A stretch of DNA of 59,836 nucleotides, filler included. It is 6 parts of 6 records of this genome, joined end to end, with 100 filler letters (N's around TTAATTAATTAA, not from the genome) between each part and the next. Parts side by side here need not be neighbours in the genome. Positions count along the whole stretch, not along the records: positions 14,155 to 32,699 come from SRR31147125_8530; 5 more parts are not named here. The stretch is one strand, 5' to 3'. Positions 20,723 to 31,000 of this stretch are shown in pieces (the first letter of the stretch is position 1; every line of letters starts with the position of its first letter). The position numbers and the translations under genes were made by a program. The notes below the pieces were generated by a model that saw only the letters and a list, made by a program, of their open reading frames with translations, was not told the origin of the DNA and ran no database searches.

Positions 20723-21082
20723 ATGGACAATCGTAAAGCCTTAAAACGAGCATATAAGGAAATACCGAAAAAATCCGGTATATTACAAATAAAAAATAAA
20801 ATAAATTCCAAAGTATATATTGCCGGTAGAGTTAATGTTGATGCTTTTCTGAATAGTAACAAAGCGCAATTAAAGTTTAATTCTCACCGCAATAAAGAGC
20901 TGCAGGCAGAATATAATGAATTTGGTGCAGATAATTTTATTTTTGAGGTTTTGGAATATATCAAACCTGAAGATGACCCTCATTATGATTATTCTGAAGA
21001 AGTGGTTTTACTGGAAGAGATCTGGCTTGAAAAATTGCAGCCCTTTGGTGAAAAGGGTTATAATAGAAAAAGAAAAAATTAA
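20723..21082 (+). CDS. GIY-YIG nuclease-family protein (LuxR-like subfamily)
   Basis: GILQIKNKINSKVYIA, HRNKELQAEYNEFGADNFIFEVLE, C-terminal GYN. Confidence 0.85.
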   Translation: MDNRKALKRAYKEIPKKSGILQIKNKINSKVYIAGRVNVDAFLNSNKAQLKFNSHRNKELQAEYNEFGADNFIFEVLEYIKPEDDPHYDYSEEVVLLEEIWLEKLQPFGEKGYNRKRKN

Positions 21083-21115
21083 ACTGCCCAAAACGGAAGG
21101 GGAGGTATTTTACAA

Positions 21116-22312
21116 ATGAAGTGGAAGCTGAAATTTGTTGTGTTTATCTTTATTGTTTCCCTGATTTCAAATGCTTTCGGGGAGGATATTGGCACCAATA
21201 TATGGGCGTCAAAAACGCCGTTGCCAAAAGTATCTGAAATAAAGCTCCTGAAAAACGTGAAATTTCATGTCATTAAGAAGCGCGAGCCTAATATTGACGG
21301 ATACAGCTGGTTACACGGTGTGGCGCTTGCCTGGCATAAAGGAAAATTGTACGCCTCATTTGGGCATAATTCCGGATTGGAAAATACAGCCTCTGAAGAG
21401 GCTAATATCCAGGTGAGCACTGACAATGGAGAGACCTGGGGAGCATTAAAACCGCTTGCCAGGACTAAGGAAGAAAATCTGGCTGTCAGTCACGGCGTTT
21501 TTCTGTCGCATAAAGGGAAACTCTGGGCCTTTCTTGGCAGTTTTTATAATAAAAGACAAAAGGTGCACACCAGGGCTTATGTGCTTGATGAGGATACTGA
21601 TTCCTGGCAGGAGAAAGGGATAATCCTGAAAGATGGTTTTTGGCCTATGGCAGAACCCCGACGTATGGATAATGGAAACTGGATTATGGCAGGATTAAAA
21701 GTTGGCGGTCGTTACGGGAGTTCGGATAATCCGGCTGCTATTGCCATCAGTCATGGCAATGACTTTTCAAAATGGGATATGGTTGTTATTCCAAAGGATA
21801 AAAATCTGGATATCTGGGGTGAGTCGGGTGTTATTGTTGACGGTCGAAACATAACCTGTATCTCGCGTGGGGGACGCAGTGGTTCGTGGGCATATGTTTC
21901 TGTCAGTCATGATTATGGCCGAACCTGGACTGAACTTAAAGCCAGTAATCTCCCAATGACCACGTCAAAACCATACTGTGGTACACTTAGTACCGGGCAA
22001 CGCTATCTTGTTTGTACAACGGCAGCTGATATAGCTCGTGACGGCAGAGCACGATATCCATTGACCATAGCCCTGAGTCCTGCACAAGAAAAACACTTTT
22101 CACGGATTTTTCGGATTCGTGATGATGTCTTTGCTGATGGGCCTGGCGAGTCTGTTAAAGGAGCGGCATTGAGTTATCCCTATGCCATCGAGTACCAGGG
22201 CTATCTTTATGTGGGATATTCCAATGATGGGGGGCGTGGATCCAATCACAATAGTGCGGAACTGGCCAGGATTCCGCTGAGTTCAATCAGACCTGAAGAA
22301 ACGACTCGTTAG
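21116..22312 (+). CDS. Secreted BNR/Asp-box beta-propeller, exo-alpha-sialidase-like
   Basis: Signal peptide; Asp-boxes STDNGETW and SHDYGRTW; RYPL and SYPYA motifs. Confidence 0.8.
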   Translation: MKWKLKFVVFIFIVSLISNAFGEDIGTNIWASKTPLPKVSEIKLLKNVKFHVIKKREPNIDGYSWLHGVALAWHKGKLYASFGHNSGLENTASEEANIQVSTDNGETWGALKPLARTKEENLAVSHGVFLSHKGKLWAFLGSFYNKRQKVHTRAYVLDEDTDSWQEKGIILKDGFWPMAEPRRMDNGNWIMAGLKVGGRYGSSDNPAAIAISHGNDFSKWDMVVIPKDKNLDIWGESGVIVDGRNITCISRGGRSGSWAYVSVSHDYGRTWTELKASNLPMTTSKPYCGTLSTGQRYLVCTTAADIARDGRARYPLTIALSPAQEKHFSRIFRIRDDVFADGPGESVKGAALSYPYAIEYQGYLYVGYSNDGGRGSNHNSAELARIPLSSIRPEETTR

Positions 22313-22344
22313 GGTTTTTACCGTTTAATCTGTCAGGCTTTGAT

Positions 22345-22368
22345 TCGGGAACATCATGTTGTTCCCGA
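22345..22368. repeat. Perfect 9-bp-stem hairpin downstream of the sialidase-like gene
   Basis: TCGGGAACA-TCATGT-TGTTCCCGA; no U-tract. Confidence 0.5.
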
Positions 22369-22668
22369 TGAAAATTAACCATTCATAAACATCCCAAAGA
22401 AAAAACTTTTCTGTCCTTCCCTGCATCCCAAAAATCTCTATAAATATAATTTAAAATTATTATTGAATCTGGTTATTTTCTTACTAAATTCATATGGAAA
22501 CAGGTCTGGTATCTGTGCTCCAGGGGATTTTAATTGGCTGGAATTTGCATTCACGTCTGGAATAGATACGGCGCTTTTAATAGTTGTTTGTTATGAAAAT
22601 TGGAATGGAGCTCGTGTTAGAATAGAGGCTATATTATCCGATTTATAAAAACGTCAGGAAAATATAAA

Positions 22669-23394
22669 ATGACAACCAGACAGGTATATGACAAATTACG
22701 AGCAGCCTTGCAGGAACAAATTCAGGAACACGACCTGACCGGTAAGGAACTCTATATCCGGTGTAAAGCTCTGTCTGCTGTTGAAGCAATAGGGAACCCG
22801 GAGCACGATGACTATCCGATAGTAAAGGGAAAAGAAGTTCTTGTCGAGGCTGTGTTTGAAGGAGTCAAGGGTCAGGCATTTACAGATGAATTTGAAACCA
22901 CCACTTATCGGGTACAGGATTTATTGGACCTGGAGCTTGATACAAACAGAAAAAGAGCCAGTTTTATTGCCGGTCTGAATGCAGTTTACAGGTATCTCGG
23001 GTTGTGTGACAAAACAGTTCATTGTAAAGATGATGAACCAATAATATGTGCTGATAATTTATTAAAGACAATCAGGTTTGGAAAAAAAATCTTGCTCGTT
23101 GGCTTCCAGCCACGGTTTGCTGATATTCTCGCAAAGAACTACAATGTCCGGATTGTGGACCTTGATCCGGATAATATTGGCAAAAAGGTTCACAATGTCG
23201 TTGTTGAATCTGCAGATAAAACAGATGAAGCTAAAAATTGGAGCGATTCTATTTTTGTTACCGGATCGACTGTTGTCAACGGGACCATTACAGAATTTTT
23301 AAACCAGAATAAACCAGCTGTGTTTTTTGGTGTAACCATATCTGCAGCTGCCAGAATATTAAATTTGAAGACTTTTTGTTATTGCGGTCACTAG
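22669..23394 (+). CDS. DUF364 family (Rossmann-like) protein
   Basis: VTGSTVVNGTI, VFFGVT, EAIGNP...DYPIVKGKE. Confidence 0.75.
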   Translation: MTTRQVYDKLRAALQEQIQEHDLTGKELYIRCKALSAVEAIGNPEHDDYPIVKGKEVLVEAVFEGVKGQAFTDEFETTTYRVQDLLDLELDTNRKRASFIAGLNAVYRYLGLCDKTVHCKDDEPIICADNLLKTIRFGKKILLVGFQPRFADILAKNYNVRIVDLDPDNIGKKVHNVVVESADKTDEAKNWSDSIFVTGSTVVNGTITEFLNQNKPAVFFGVTISAAARILNLKTFCYCGH

Positions 23395-23468
23395 TACTAT
23401 TTTAAAAAGTGATAAAAAGACAAAGTAAAACGTATTCAGATATTTTTTAAATGTGAGGGTGAAAGCAC

Positions 23469-24386
23469 ATGCCCATCGTAACAAGCAGATTTAGAGAAAA
23501 TGCCCGCATCAAAATAGATCATGACAAATGTAAAGCGTGCGGGAGGTGTGCTCAGGTTTGTAAGGATTTTAGCCTGATTTTTCGGAATGGCAAGCTGGAA
23601 CTCTCGGAAAATCCTTTGTTCGGATGTATGGGGTGTGGGCAATGTGTGGCAGTATGTCCAAATGATGCTATAATGGTTGAAGGACGAGATTTGACGAAGG
23701 AAAGCTTTTATGAATTAGAAAGCATCGATGAATCGATTCAATATGATGAGTTATTGCAGCTTATGCAAGGTCGCAGAAGTGTACGTGATTTTAAAGATAA
23801 AATTGTGGAAAAAGAGGTAATTGATAAAATTATAAATGCAGCTGTCACAGCACCTATGGGGCTTCCACCTTCGGATGTTCATGTGATGACCTTACATGGA
23901 AAAGAGAACGTAAATCGGTTCTCAAAAGATTTTGTTGATAATTTGAAAAAATTCAAATGGATGTTTTCACCGGTTACACTTTTGGCAATGAGACCCTTTA
24001 TCGGCAAAGCAAATTATGATCTTTTCAAGTCGTTTATAATTCCATTAATGAGCTTTTTCCCGGAATCTATGGAAAAGGGGAACAATTATCTATTGTATGA
24101 CGCCCCATTGAGCCTTTATTTCTATGGATCCCTCTATTGTGATCCGGTTGATCCGGTTATTCCGGCAACCTATGCGATGCTGGCAGCAGAAAGTCTGGGA
24201 TTAGCAAGTTGTATGATTGGTAGTATACACCCGTTTCTGATACGTATGCCGAAGTTGATGAAGAAATACAATATAAGACAAAAATCAAGAGAGGGTCTTT
24301 TTGTTATTTTTGGGTATCCAAAGTATGAGTATAAAAAAGGGATCAAAAGATCTTTTGCGGCGTCAGATATAATTAGCACCAACTAA
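23469..24386 (+). CDS. Nitroreductase with N-terminal 2x[4Fe-4S] ferredoxin domain
   Basis: CKACGRCAQVC and CMGCGQCVAVCP; RRSVRDF; AAESLGLASC. Confidence 0.92.
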   Translation: MPIVTSRFRENARIKIDHDKCKACGRCAQVCKDFSLIFRNGKLELSENPLFGCMGCGQCVAVCPNDAIMVEGRDLTKESFYELESIDESIQYDELLQLMQGRRSVRDFKDKIVEKEVIDKIINAAVTAPMGLPPSDVHVMTLHGKENVNRFSKDFVDNLKKFKWMFSPVTLLAMRPFIGKANYDLFKSFIIPLMSFFPESMEKGNNYLLYDAPLSLYFYGSLYCDPVDPVIPATYAMLAAESLGLASCMIGSIHPFLIRMPKLMKKYNIRQKSREGLFVIFGYPKYEYKKGIKRSFAASDIISTN

Positions 24387-24408
24387 TGATATTGGGAATC
24401 ATTGAATA

Positions 24409-25047
24409 ATGGAAACAATTATATTTATTCATGGACTTGGTCGTACGAGTCTTTCTATGATGCATCTGCAAAAGATAATGAAGAGGGATGGATTCAAAAC
24501 GCTTAATATTCATTATGCATCTCATAAAAAGTCAATCGAAGAGAGTGCAACGTATTTAAATAAATTCATCAAGCAAAAAGTAGATAATACTTCCATATTA
24601 CACTTTGTGACACACTCTTTGGGTGGACTTGTTGTGCGAACCTATTTAAAAGATGAAAAAAGTGCTCATGCCGGTCGCGTGGTTATGATGTGTCCGCCTA
24701 ATCGAGGGTGTGAACTTGCCACTCATCTTCAGGATTATTGGCTTTACAAAAAAATGCTGGGACCTGCCGGACAGCAATTGGGCATCGAATTCGACGATTA
24801 TCCCAATCAATTAGGACCTGTTCATTTTCAACTTGGTGTGATAGCTGGTAATAAAAGTTGGCCTTTTCTCTCGCATATTTTTCAGGACGAAAATGATGGA
24901 CGATTAACGGTTAACAGAGCTAAAATAGATGGAATGACCGATTTTCTTGTTGTGCCATGTGGTCACACTCTTATTATGTACAACAGACTTGTTATAAAAC
25001 AGATACGACATTTCTTAAAATCAGGTTCTTTTATTCATTTTGAATGA
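24409..25047 (+). CDS. Alpha/beta hydrolase (esterase/lipase-like)
   Basis: HGLGR, THSLGG nucleophile elbow, NDG, GHT. Confidence 0.85.
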   Translation: METIIFIHGLGRTSLSMMHLQKIMKRDGFKTLNIHYASHKKSIEESATYLNKFIKQKVDNTSILHFVTHSLGGLVVRTYLKDEKSAHAGRVVMMCPPNRGCELATHLQDYWLYKKMLGPAGQQLGIEFDDYPNQLGPVHFQLGVIAGNKSWPFLSHIFQDENDGRLTVNRAKIDGMTDFLVVPCGHTLIMYNRLVIKQIRHFLKSGSFIHFE

Positions 25048-25131
25048 TTATCCTGGTTAACATCTATAAAATTTATCCGAACACATTTTTTAAGAGTGTC
25101 ACATTTTATTATATTTACAGGATTGAACTCT

Positions 25132-25521
25132 ATGAAAATTGAACATTTTGCATTAAATGTCGCTGATCCTGCCGCCATGGCTGCCTGGTATGAAAAATAT
25201 GTTGGATTAAAAATTGTTCGCAAGATGGACGCACCTACCTTTACCCACTTTCTGGCTGATTCCGGTGGTACTGTCATGCTCGAGATCTATAATAATCCAC
25301 CTGATCAGGTGCCTGATTACGCCAATATGGACCCACTTTTATGTCATATTGCCCTGGTTTCAAAGGATCCTGAAGCGGATAAACAAATCCTTTTGGCAGC
25401 CGGAGCGACGCTTGTTGACAATCTGCATTTGGATGATGGATCGCATCTGGTTATGATGCGGGATCCATGGGGCCTGGCTCTACAATTGTGCAAGCGCGGC
25501 AAACCAATGTTGGATTTGTAA
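25132..25521 (+). CDS. VOC/glyoxalase family protein
   Basis: IEHFALNV, LEIY, HIAL, RDPWG; likely start ATG 25132. Confidence 0.88.
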   Translation: MKIEHFALNVADPAAMAAWYEKYVGLKIVRKMDAPTFTHFLADSGGTVMLEIYNNPPDQVPDYANMDPLLCHIALVSKDPEADKQILLAAGATLVDNLHLDDGSHLVMMRDPWGLALQLCKRGKPMLDL

Positions 25522-25652
25522 AGTAGACGGTCCCGGTAATTATTTTAACATTGCTACGATTCTCCCAATGAGTGCTATCAAACGTTCTCCTGGTTTTTAC
25601 GAGTAAGCCAACATAATTTTAAACAATTTATTATATTATCCTGGAGGCAAAG

Positions 25653-26417
25653 ATGAAGAATAATCTGGAGAGAGATAATATACCTGTCACACCCATCGTA
25701 CTTGAAAAACAAAACATTATTTCTCTGATGTTCATGGCCGTTGTGTCGTGGAGTGTAGCCTTTCTCCTCTGGATACAGACGGGTATTGATAAAACAATCC
25801 TGGTCTGGCATAATCCTATCCGTGATAACGCTGTTCTGTTTGAAGCAGGCAGGTTGGTCTCGCGTTATGGTATGTCGGTTATTCTGTTTGTCTTTCTTAT
25901 TCTTCTCATTCTATCATACAAATATGATCGATTAAAAGACTATCATAATGTGTACCTGTTAATATTCTTTTCCTTTGGCATCGCTGGCATTGCCGGAGAT
26001 TTGCTGAAAATGGTGTTTGATCGTGCACGACCTCTGGCAGAATATGCCGGACAGATTAATGTTACGAAAATGTCACAATCCCCATCTTTTCCCTCCGGGC
26101 ATGGTACGAAAAGTATTGCGCTGATTTTACCGTTTATATACGTTGTATCGGCAAAAGAGACATATAAATGGATAATGGCCGTCAAATGGGTGCTCATTAT
26201 TCTGGCAGCGGCTATCTGTTACTCCAGGATTTTGTTGGGTGCGCATTTCCTGAGCGATATTCTGGCCGGGCTTGGTATGGCGCTGATGAGTTTGCCTGTT
26301 ACGATTTATTTTGGTAATTTAATATTAAAAAAGAAAACACAAAAAGATCTCAAGGTGGCGGTTCGAATTTGGGGTGTCATATTATTCCTTTTAATGTTGT
26401 ATATCCCAATGATTTAG
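25653..26417 (+). CDS. PAP2 family membrane phosphatase
   Basis: KMVFDRARP, SFPSGH, SRILLGAHFLSD. Confidence 0.92.
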   Translation: MKNNLERDNIPVTPIVLEKQNIISLMFMAVVSWSVAFLLWIQTGIDKTILVWHNPIRDNAVLFEAGRLVSRYGMSVILFVFLILLILSYKYDRLKDYHNVYLLIFFSFGIAGIAGDLLKMVFDRARPLAEYAGQINVTKMSQSPSFPSGHGTKSIALILPFIYVVSAKETYKWIMAVKWVLIILAAAICYSRILLGAHFLSDILAGLGMALMSLPVTIYFGNLILKKKTQKDLKVAVRIWGVILFLLMLYIPMI

Positions 26418-26459
26418 AAATAGTTACCTCAATCAATAAATATCATTAAGACCGGGCTG

Positions 26460-27116
26460 ATGCAAACACTTTTAAAAAATAATATCTGTCCATTATGCAG
26501 ATCGGATAACATTTATTATGCCTGTAAGGACAAGAATCGTGAGTATTTTCGTTGTACAACCTGTCAGCTGGTGTATGTGCCTTCTGAACAATTTATCTCC
26601 AAAGAAGCAGAAAAGGCGGAGTATGATCTGCATCAAAACAATCCGCATGATCCGGGTTATCGACGGTTTTTAGGCCGGTTATTTAAACCCCTGCAGGAAC
26701 GATTGGCAGCGGGGAGCGAAGGACTGGATTTTGGCTCTGGTCCCGGGCCAACACTTTATGTGATGTTTGAGGAAATTGGATTTCCAATGGAAATTTATGA
26801 TCATTTTTATGCTAATGATCCGGTTGTCCTGACAAAACAATATGATTTCATAACCGCCACAGAAGTTGTGGAACATCTTTTCAAGCCACGGGAAGAGCTG
26901 GATCGATTGTGGTCGCTTTTGAAACCGGGTGGTGTTTTGGGAATTATGACCAAGCTGGTGATCGATATGGAGGCATTTACACGCTGGCATTATAAAAACG
27001 ATCTGACCCATGTCTGTTTTTTCTCAAAATCGACTTTTGAGTGGATAGCTGATTTGTGGCAAGCAGAAGTGACTTTTATTGGTAAAGATGTGATACTTTT
27101 ATCCAAAAACGGATAA
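26460..27116 (+). CDS. Class I SAM-dependent methyltransferase with N-terminal Zn ribbon
   Basis: CPLC...CTTC; GLDFGSGPG; TEVVEH. Confidence 0.88.
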   Translation: MQTLLKNNICPLCRSDNIYYACKDKNREYFRCTTCQLVYVPSEQFISKEAEKAEYDLHQNNPHDPGYRRFLGRLFKPLQERLAAGSEGLDFGSGPGPTLYVMFEEIGFPMEIYDHFYANDPVVLTKQYDFITATEVVEHLFKPREELDRLWSLLKPGGVLGIMTKLVIDMEAFTRWHYKNDLTHVCFFSKSTFEWIADLWQAEVTFIGKDVILLSKNG

Positions 27117-27167
27117 TAAATTAATGTAACGTGTACAAGTGAGATACGAATCAATTGGAGATAGAAC

Positions 27168-27863
27168 ATGAAAACTATTGGTCTGGTTGGTGGAACCGGC
27201 TGGATCTCCAGTGTTGATTACTATCGAATAATCAATCAGGAAATCAATCAATCTCTTGGCGGGCTCCAATTCGCAAAATGTATCCTCTATTCGTTTAATT
27301 ATGGAGAGATCGATGAGCTTAATAAACGACATGACCAGGAGAGTGTTTATTCAATGGTGTGTCATGCCGCTTTGGATCTAATACAAATTGGTGCGGATTG
27401 TATCGTGTTATGCGCGAATACGCTACATCTCTTTGCGGACAGACTGGAGGAAGAAATATCAGTTCCACTTGTCCATATCGCAACAGCGACAGCTAAAGCG
27501 ATCAAAAATCAGAATATGTCATGTATCGGACTGCTGGGCACAAAATATACGATGGAAGAGGATTTTTACAGGAAAAGACTCACTCGAGCAGATATTCATG
27601 TGCTTGTGCCCCCTGCAAATGAAAGAGAATTTATTCATAATACGATCATGAATGAACTGTTAAAGGAGATCTTGAAAAAAGAGACCAAAGCTCGTTTTTT
27701 AAGGATCATAAAAAATCTTCAGAGCTGGGGCGCAGAAGGGATCGTGTTGGGATGTACTGAGATACCCTTGTTAATCAAGAAAAAGGATGTTCCATTGCCT
27801 GTTTTTAACACGACAGTTATCCATGCCATGGCAGCAGTTGATTTTGCTTTGGAAAGGGATTAA
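27168..27863 (+). CDS. Aspartate/glutamate racemase family (YgeA/RacX-like)
   Basis: IGLVGGTGW, LCANTLH, LGCTEIP. Confidence 0.92.
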   Translation: MKTIGLVGGTGWISSVDYYRIINQEINQSLGGLQFAKCILYSFNYGEIDELNKRHDQESVYSMVCHAALDLIQIGADCIVLCANTLHLFADRLEEEISVPLVHIATATAKAIKNQNMSCIGLLGTKYTMEEDFYRKRLTRADIHVLVPPANEREFIHNTIMNELLKEILKKETKARFLRIIKNLQSWGAEGIVLGCTEIPLLIKKKDVPLPVFNTTVIHAMAAVDFALERD

Positions 27864-28031
27864 TAGATAATCAGGATTTTCATTAATTTTTTATATCAGA
27901 TCAACAAAAAATAATGTCCTTTTTTAAGTAGCAATCATTTGGCTACCGTTTTTGGCTGGAATTTATTCAACTTGATGATATTACATAGAGAATAAATCGT
28001 AAAATGTAACATAATAATAAAAGGATTTATC

Positions 28032-28892
28032 ATGTCAGCACTCGTAATGGATGGAAAAAAGGTTTCCAAAGAAATTGAAAATGAATTAAAAAACCGTATT
28101 GAGGTTATTAAAGAGAAATCCGGAAGAGTCCCCATATTGGCAACGATTTTAGTTGGTGACGATCCGGCTTCAGCGACCTATGTTAAAATGAAAGGAAATG
28201 CGTGTAATCGGGTTGGCATGGATTCATCAAAAATCGTCTTGCCGAAAGAGACCACTACAGAAGAACTGTTGAATGAAATAGAAAAGTTGAATGGAAATCC
28301 TGATGTGCACGGAATCCTGCTGCAACATCCGGTTCCGGCACAGATAAACGAACGACTCTGTTTTGATCGCATAAAACTGGAAAAGGATGTGGATGGAGTG
28401 ACCTGTCTTGGTTTTGGCCGCATGGCCATGAACGAGCAGGCTTATGGCTCTGCAACTCCTGCTGGTATTATGAGGTTGCTTCACTATTACAATATTACGC
28501 TAAAGGGAAAGCATGCTGTCGTGGTAGGCAGAAGTCCTATATTGGGAAAACCATTGGCTATGATGCTGTTAAACGAACACGCCACAGTGACCATATGCCA
28601 TTCCAGGACCCGGGATTTACCCACTATTGTCCGACAGGCGGATATAGTAGTGGGTGCGGTTGGCAAACCGGAATTTATTAAAGGTGACTGGATTAAAGAC
28701 GGAGCTGTTGTTATTGACGCGGGATATAATCCCGGTGCTGTGGGCGATGTTGAGTTATCCGCTGTCATCGACAAATGCAGTGCTTATACGCCCGTACCAG
28801 GAGGTGTCGGTCCTATGACCATCGTCTCACTCATAGCGCAGAGTGTTGATGCATGTGAAAAGAGTATTTCTATTAATAATAATATATCATGA
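28032..28892 (+). CDS. folD: Methylenetetrahydrofolate dehydrogenase/cyclohydrolase
   Basis: [31 protein letters not shown]. Confidence 0.97.
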   Translation: MSALVMDGKKVSKEIENELKNRIEVIKEKSGRVPILATILVGDDPASATYVKMKGNACNRVGMDSSKIVLPKETTTEELLNEIEKLNGNPDVHGILLQHPVPAQINERLCFDRIKLEKDVDGVTCLGFGRMAMNEQAYGSATPAGIMRLLHYYNITLKGKHAVVVGRSPILGKPLAMMLLNEHATVTICHSRTRDLPTIVRQADIVVGAVGKPEFIKGDWIKDGAVVIDAGYNPGAVGDVELSAVIDKCSAYTPVPGGVGPMTIVSLIAQSVDACEKSISINNNIS

Positions 28893-28899
28893 TGAAATT

Positions 28900-29640
28900 A
28901 TGGAAAATCTGACTATGAAACCAGCTAAAATAATTATTGTATGTAGTACTTTATTGAGTTTGTTAATTTTCTGCGCGAAAACGAATACAGCTGTGGTTCC
29001 TGCAGGGAAAAAGGGTCAGGGATGGAATGACAGACATTCAAAAATTGTCGAAAATACAAAAAATAGCAAGGTGGATCTCATCCTCATCGGGGATTCAATC
29101 ACGCATAATTGGGAACGGCAAGACTGCCAGGAATGCTGGAATACCTATTTTGCGCCATATAATGCTGTGAATGCCGGCATCAGTGGTGATCGAACAGAAA
29201 ACGTGCTTTGGCGTATCGATCATGGATTGCTCGATTATTGCTCACCTAAAGTGGCTGTTATTATGATCGGCACTAATAATACAGATGGCAATCATTATCC
29301 ATCAATCAATACAGCAAAGGAACTGGCGCAGGGCATTAAAGCGATCTGCAATCGGGTCATTCAAAAATGTCCTGATACAAAAATACTGTTGCTTGGCATC
29401 TTTCCATACGGCTATAATATAAATCTTCGCAATAATATTAACAAGCAAACCAACCAGATGATCTCAGAATTTGCAGATCAGAAACATATATTTTACCTGG
29501 ATATTGGTCATATATTCCTGAATGAATGGGGTACTGTCAACAGAAAATTGATGCCCGATGTTTTGCATCCAAATGCGGAAGGACAATGCCTGTGGGCGGA
29601 AGCGATGAAACCTTTGTTAACAGAATTGATGGGCTATTGA
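28900..29640 (+). CDS. SGNH/GDSL acetylhydrolase (PAF-AH Ib-like), exported
   Basis: GDSIT, GISGD, GTNN, DVLHP; signal or lipoprotein-like N-terminus; start at 28900 or 28915. Confidence 0.88.
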   Translation: MENLTMKPAKIIIVCSTLLSLLIFCAKTNTAVVPAGKKGQGWNDRHSKIVENTKNSKVDLILIGDSITHNWERQDCQECWNTYFAPYNAVNAGISGDRTENVLWRIDHGLLDYCSPKVAVIMIGTNNTDGNHYPSINTAKELAQGIKAICNRVIQKCPDTKILLLGIFPYGYNINLRNNINKQTNQMISEFADQKHIFYLDIGHIFLNEWGTVNRKLMPDVLHPNAEGQCLWAEAMKPLLTELMGY

Positions 29641-29736
29641 AACACTCGATCATTATTAAAAGTTAAAAGCTTACAAATGGACTCAGAAAATATTAAATCC
29701 GGATGTGCATGATATTTGTAATAGAGGAGGCAAAAA

Positions 29737-30867
29737 ATGACGTCAAGAGAACGTGTATTAAGCGCATTTGAAAGAAAAGGATATGATCGGATACCAGTCA
29801 AGCACGAGGCAACTCCTGAAATAAACCAAAAAATCAGGGAGCACTTTGGCCTGACAAATATGGAGCAGGTGCTGCGCGTGGTTGGTGATGATTTTCGCTA
29901 TGTTGAACCGGAATATATCGGACCAAAACTACAAACCTTTCCGGATGGCAGCGTTGAAGGTTATTGGGGGGAGCATTATAAATATGCTGAATTTGAAGGA
30001 GGAAAATATCTGGAAGCGCTCTATCTTCCATATGCGAATATTCATTCTTTGGAAGACCTGGATCGTTCTCATTTTCCAACGGCGGACTGGTTTGACTATT
30101 CGACTATTAAAGAGCAGGCACAGGCTTTGGGTGGAGAATATGCTGTTTGTTATGGTACAGCCGGAGATATGGATTTTATCAACAGTATCGCCCGTGCCCG
30201 TGGAACTGAACAGGTTTTTATTGATCTTATCACCGATGATCCGGTATATCTTGAGATCATGGAAGCACGATTTCAGTTTTATTATGAAACGCACAGACGC
30301 GTACTGGAAGCGGCTGAAGGAAACATTGATTTCGCACATATTGGTGAAGATCTTGGTACCCAGACGGGACAAACCATTAGTATGGATATTTTTGAAAAAC
30401 ATTTTGCGCCAAAATTCAAAAAGTATTTTGATATGGCTCATAGTTACGGCGCACGAACCATGATGCATATGTGCGGTTGTGTCAGGGCCTTTTTACCACG
30501 TTTGATCGAGCTGGGCCTGGATATCTATGATGTGGTGCAGCCAACAACACCAGATATGGATATTACAGTACTCAAAAATGATTTCGGCGACAATCTTTCA
30601 TTTTGTGGCAGTGTTTGTGTGCAAACCACAATGGCCTTTGGCCAGCCGGAGGATGTCGAAAAAGAGGTAAATAGACGATTAGAGTTATTTCCTAAGGGAG
30701 GATTATTTCTGGGTCCAACGCATGCGATTCAGGTGGGCTCGCCTTTGGAAAATATCCTGGCGCTTTACCGAAGCGCTGGCAGTCTCACTGAAAAAATCGA
30801 TCAATCCATCCTTGATATAAAAGATGCAAAAGGTGGCGATAAAATTAGTTTATCAAAATTATTTTAA
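29737..30867 (+). CDS. Uroporphyrinogen decarboxylase / MtaA-CmuA methyltransferase-like protein
   Basis: MTSRERVL...DRIP, EDLGTQ, HMCG, GGLFLGPTH; SD GAGGAGG. Confidence 0.85.
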   Translation: MTSRERVLSAFERKGYDRIPVKHEATPEINQKIREHFGLTNMEQVLRVVGDDFRYVEPEYIGPKLQTFPDGSVEGYWGEHYKYAEFEGGKYLEALYLPYANIHSLEDLDRSHFPTADWFDYSTIKEQAQALGGEYAVCYGTAGDMDFINSIARARGTEQVFIDLITDDPVYLEIMEARFQFYYETHRRVLEAAEGNIDFAHIGEDLGTQTGQTISMDIFEKHFAPKFKKYFDMAHSYGARTMMHMCGCVRAFLPRLIELGLDIYDVVQPTTPDMDITVLKNDFGDNLSFCGSVCVQTTMAFGQPEDVEKEVNRRLELFPKGGLFLGPTHAIQVGSPLENILALYRSAGSLTEKIDQSILDIKDAKGGDKISLSKLF

Positions 30868-31000
30868 ATGTCAAGCTGGGTAAAACAGAAGCCTATTTTT
30901 GTATTATAATTTCCTATGCTGCAATGTGGGTAGTATTTGGCAAGGTAGAATTTTCATCAGGAATGAATGAGCTCTTTCATTAAAAGTGGAGGATCAGATT

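Noticed and set aside
20723-21082. GIY-YIG as a homing endonuclease or intron
   Set aside because: Short single domain, no interrupted host gene or intron structure; fits the ArsR-DUF2087-associated family
22463-22648. 61-aa ORF or riboswitch in the 22313-22668 gap
   Set aside because: TTG start without SD, no motif; no recognisable riboswitch consensus by eye (an Rfam scan would settle it)
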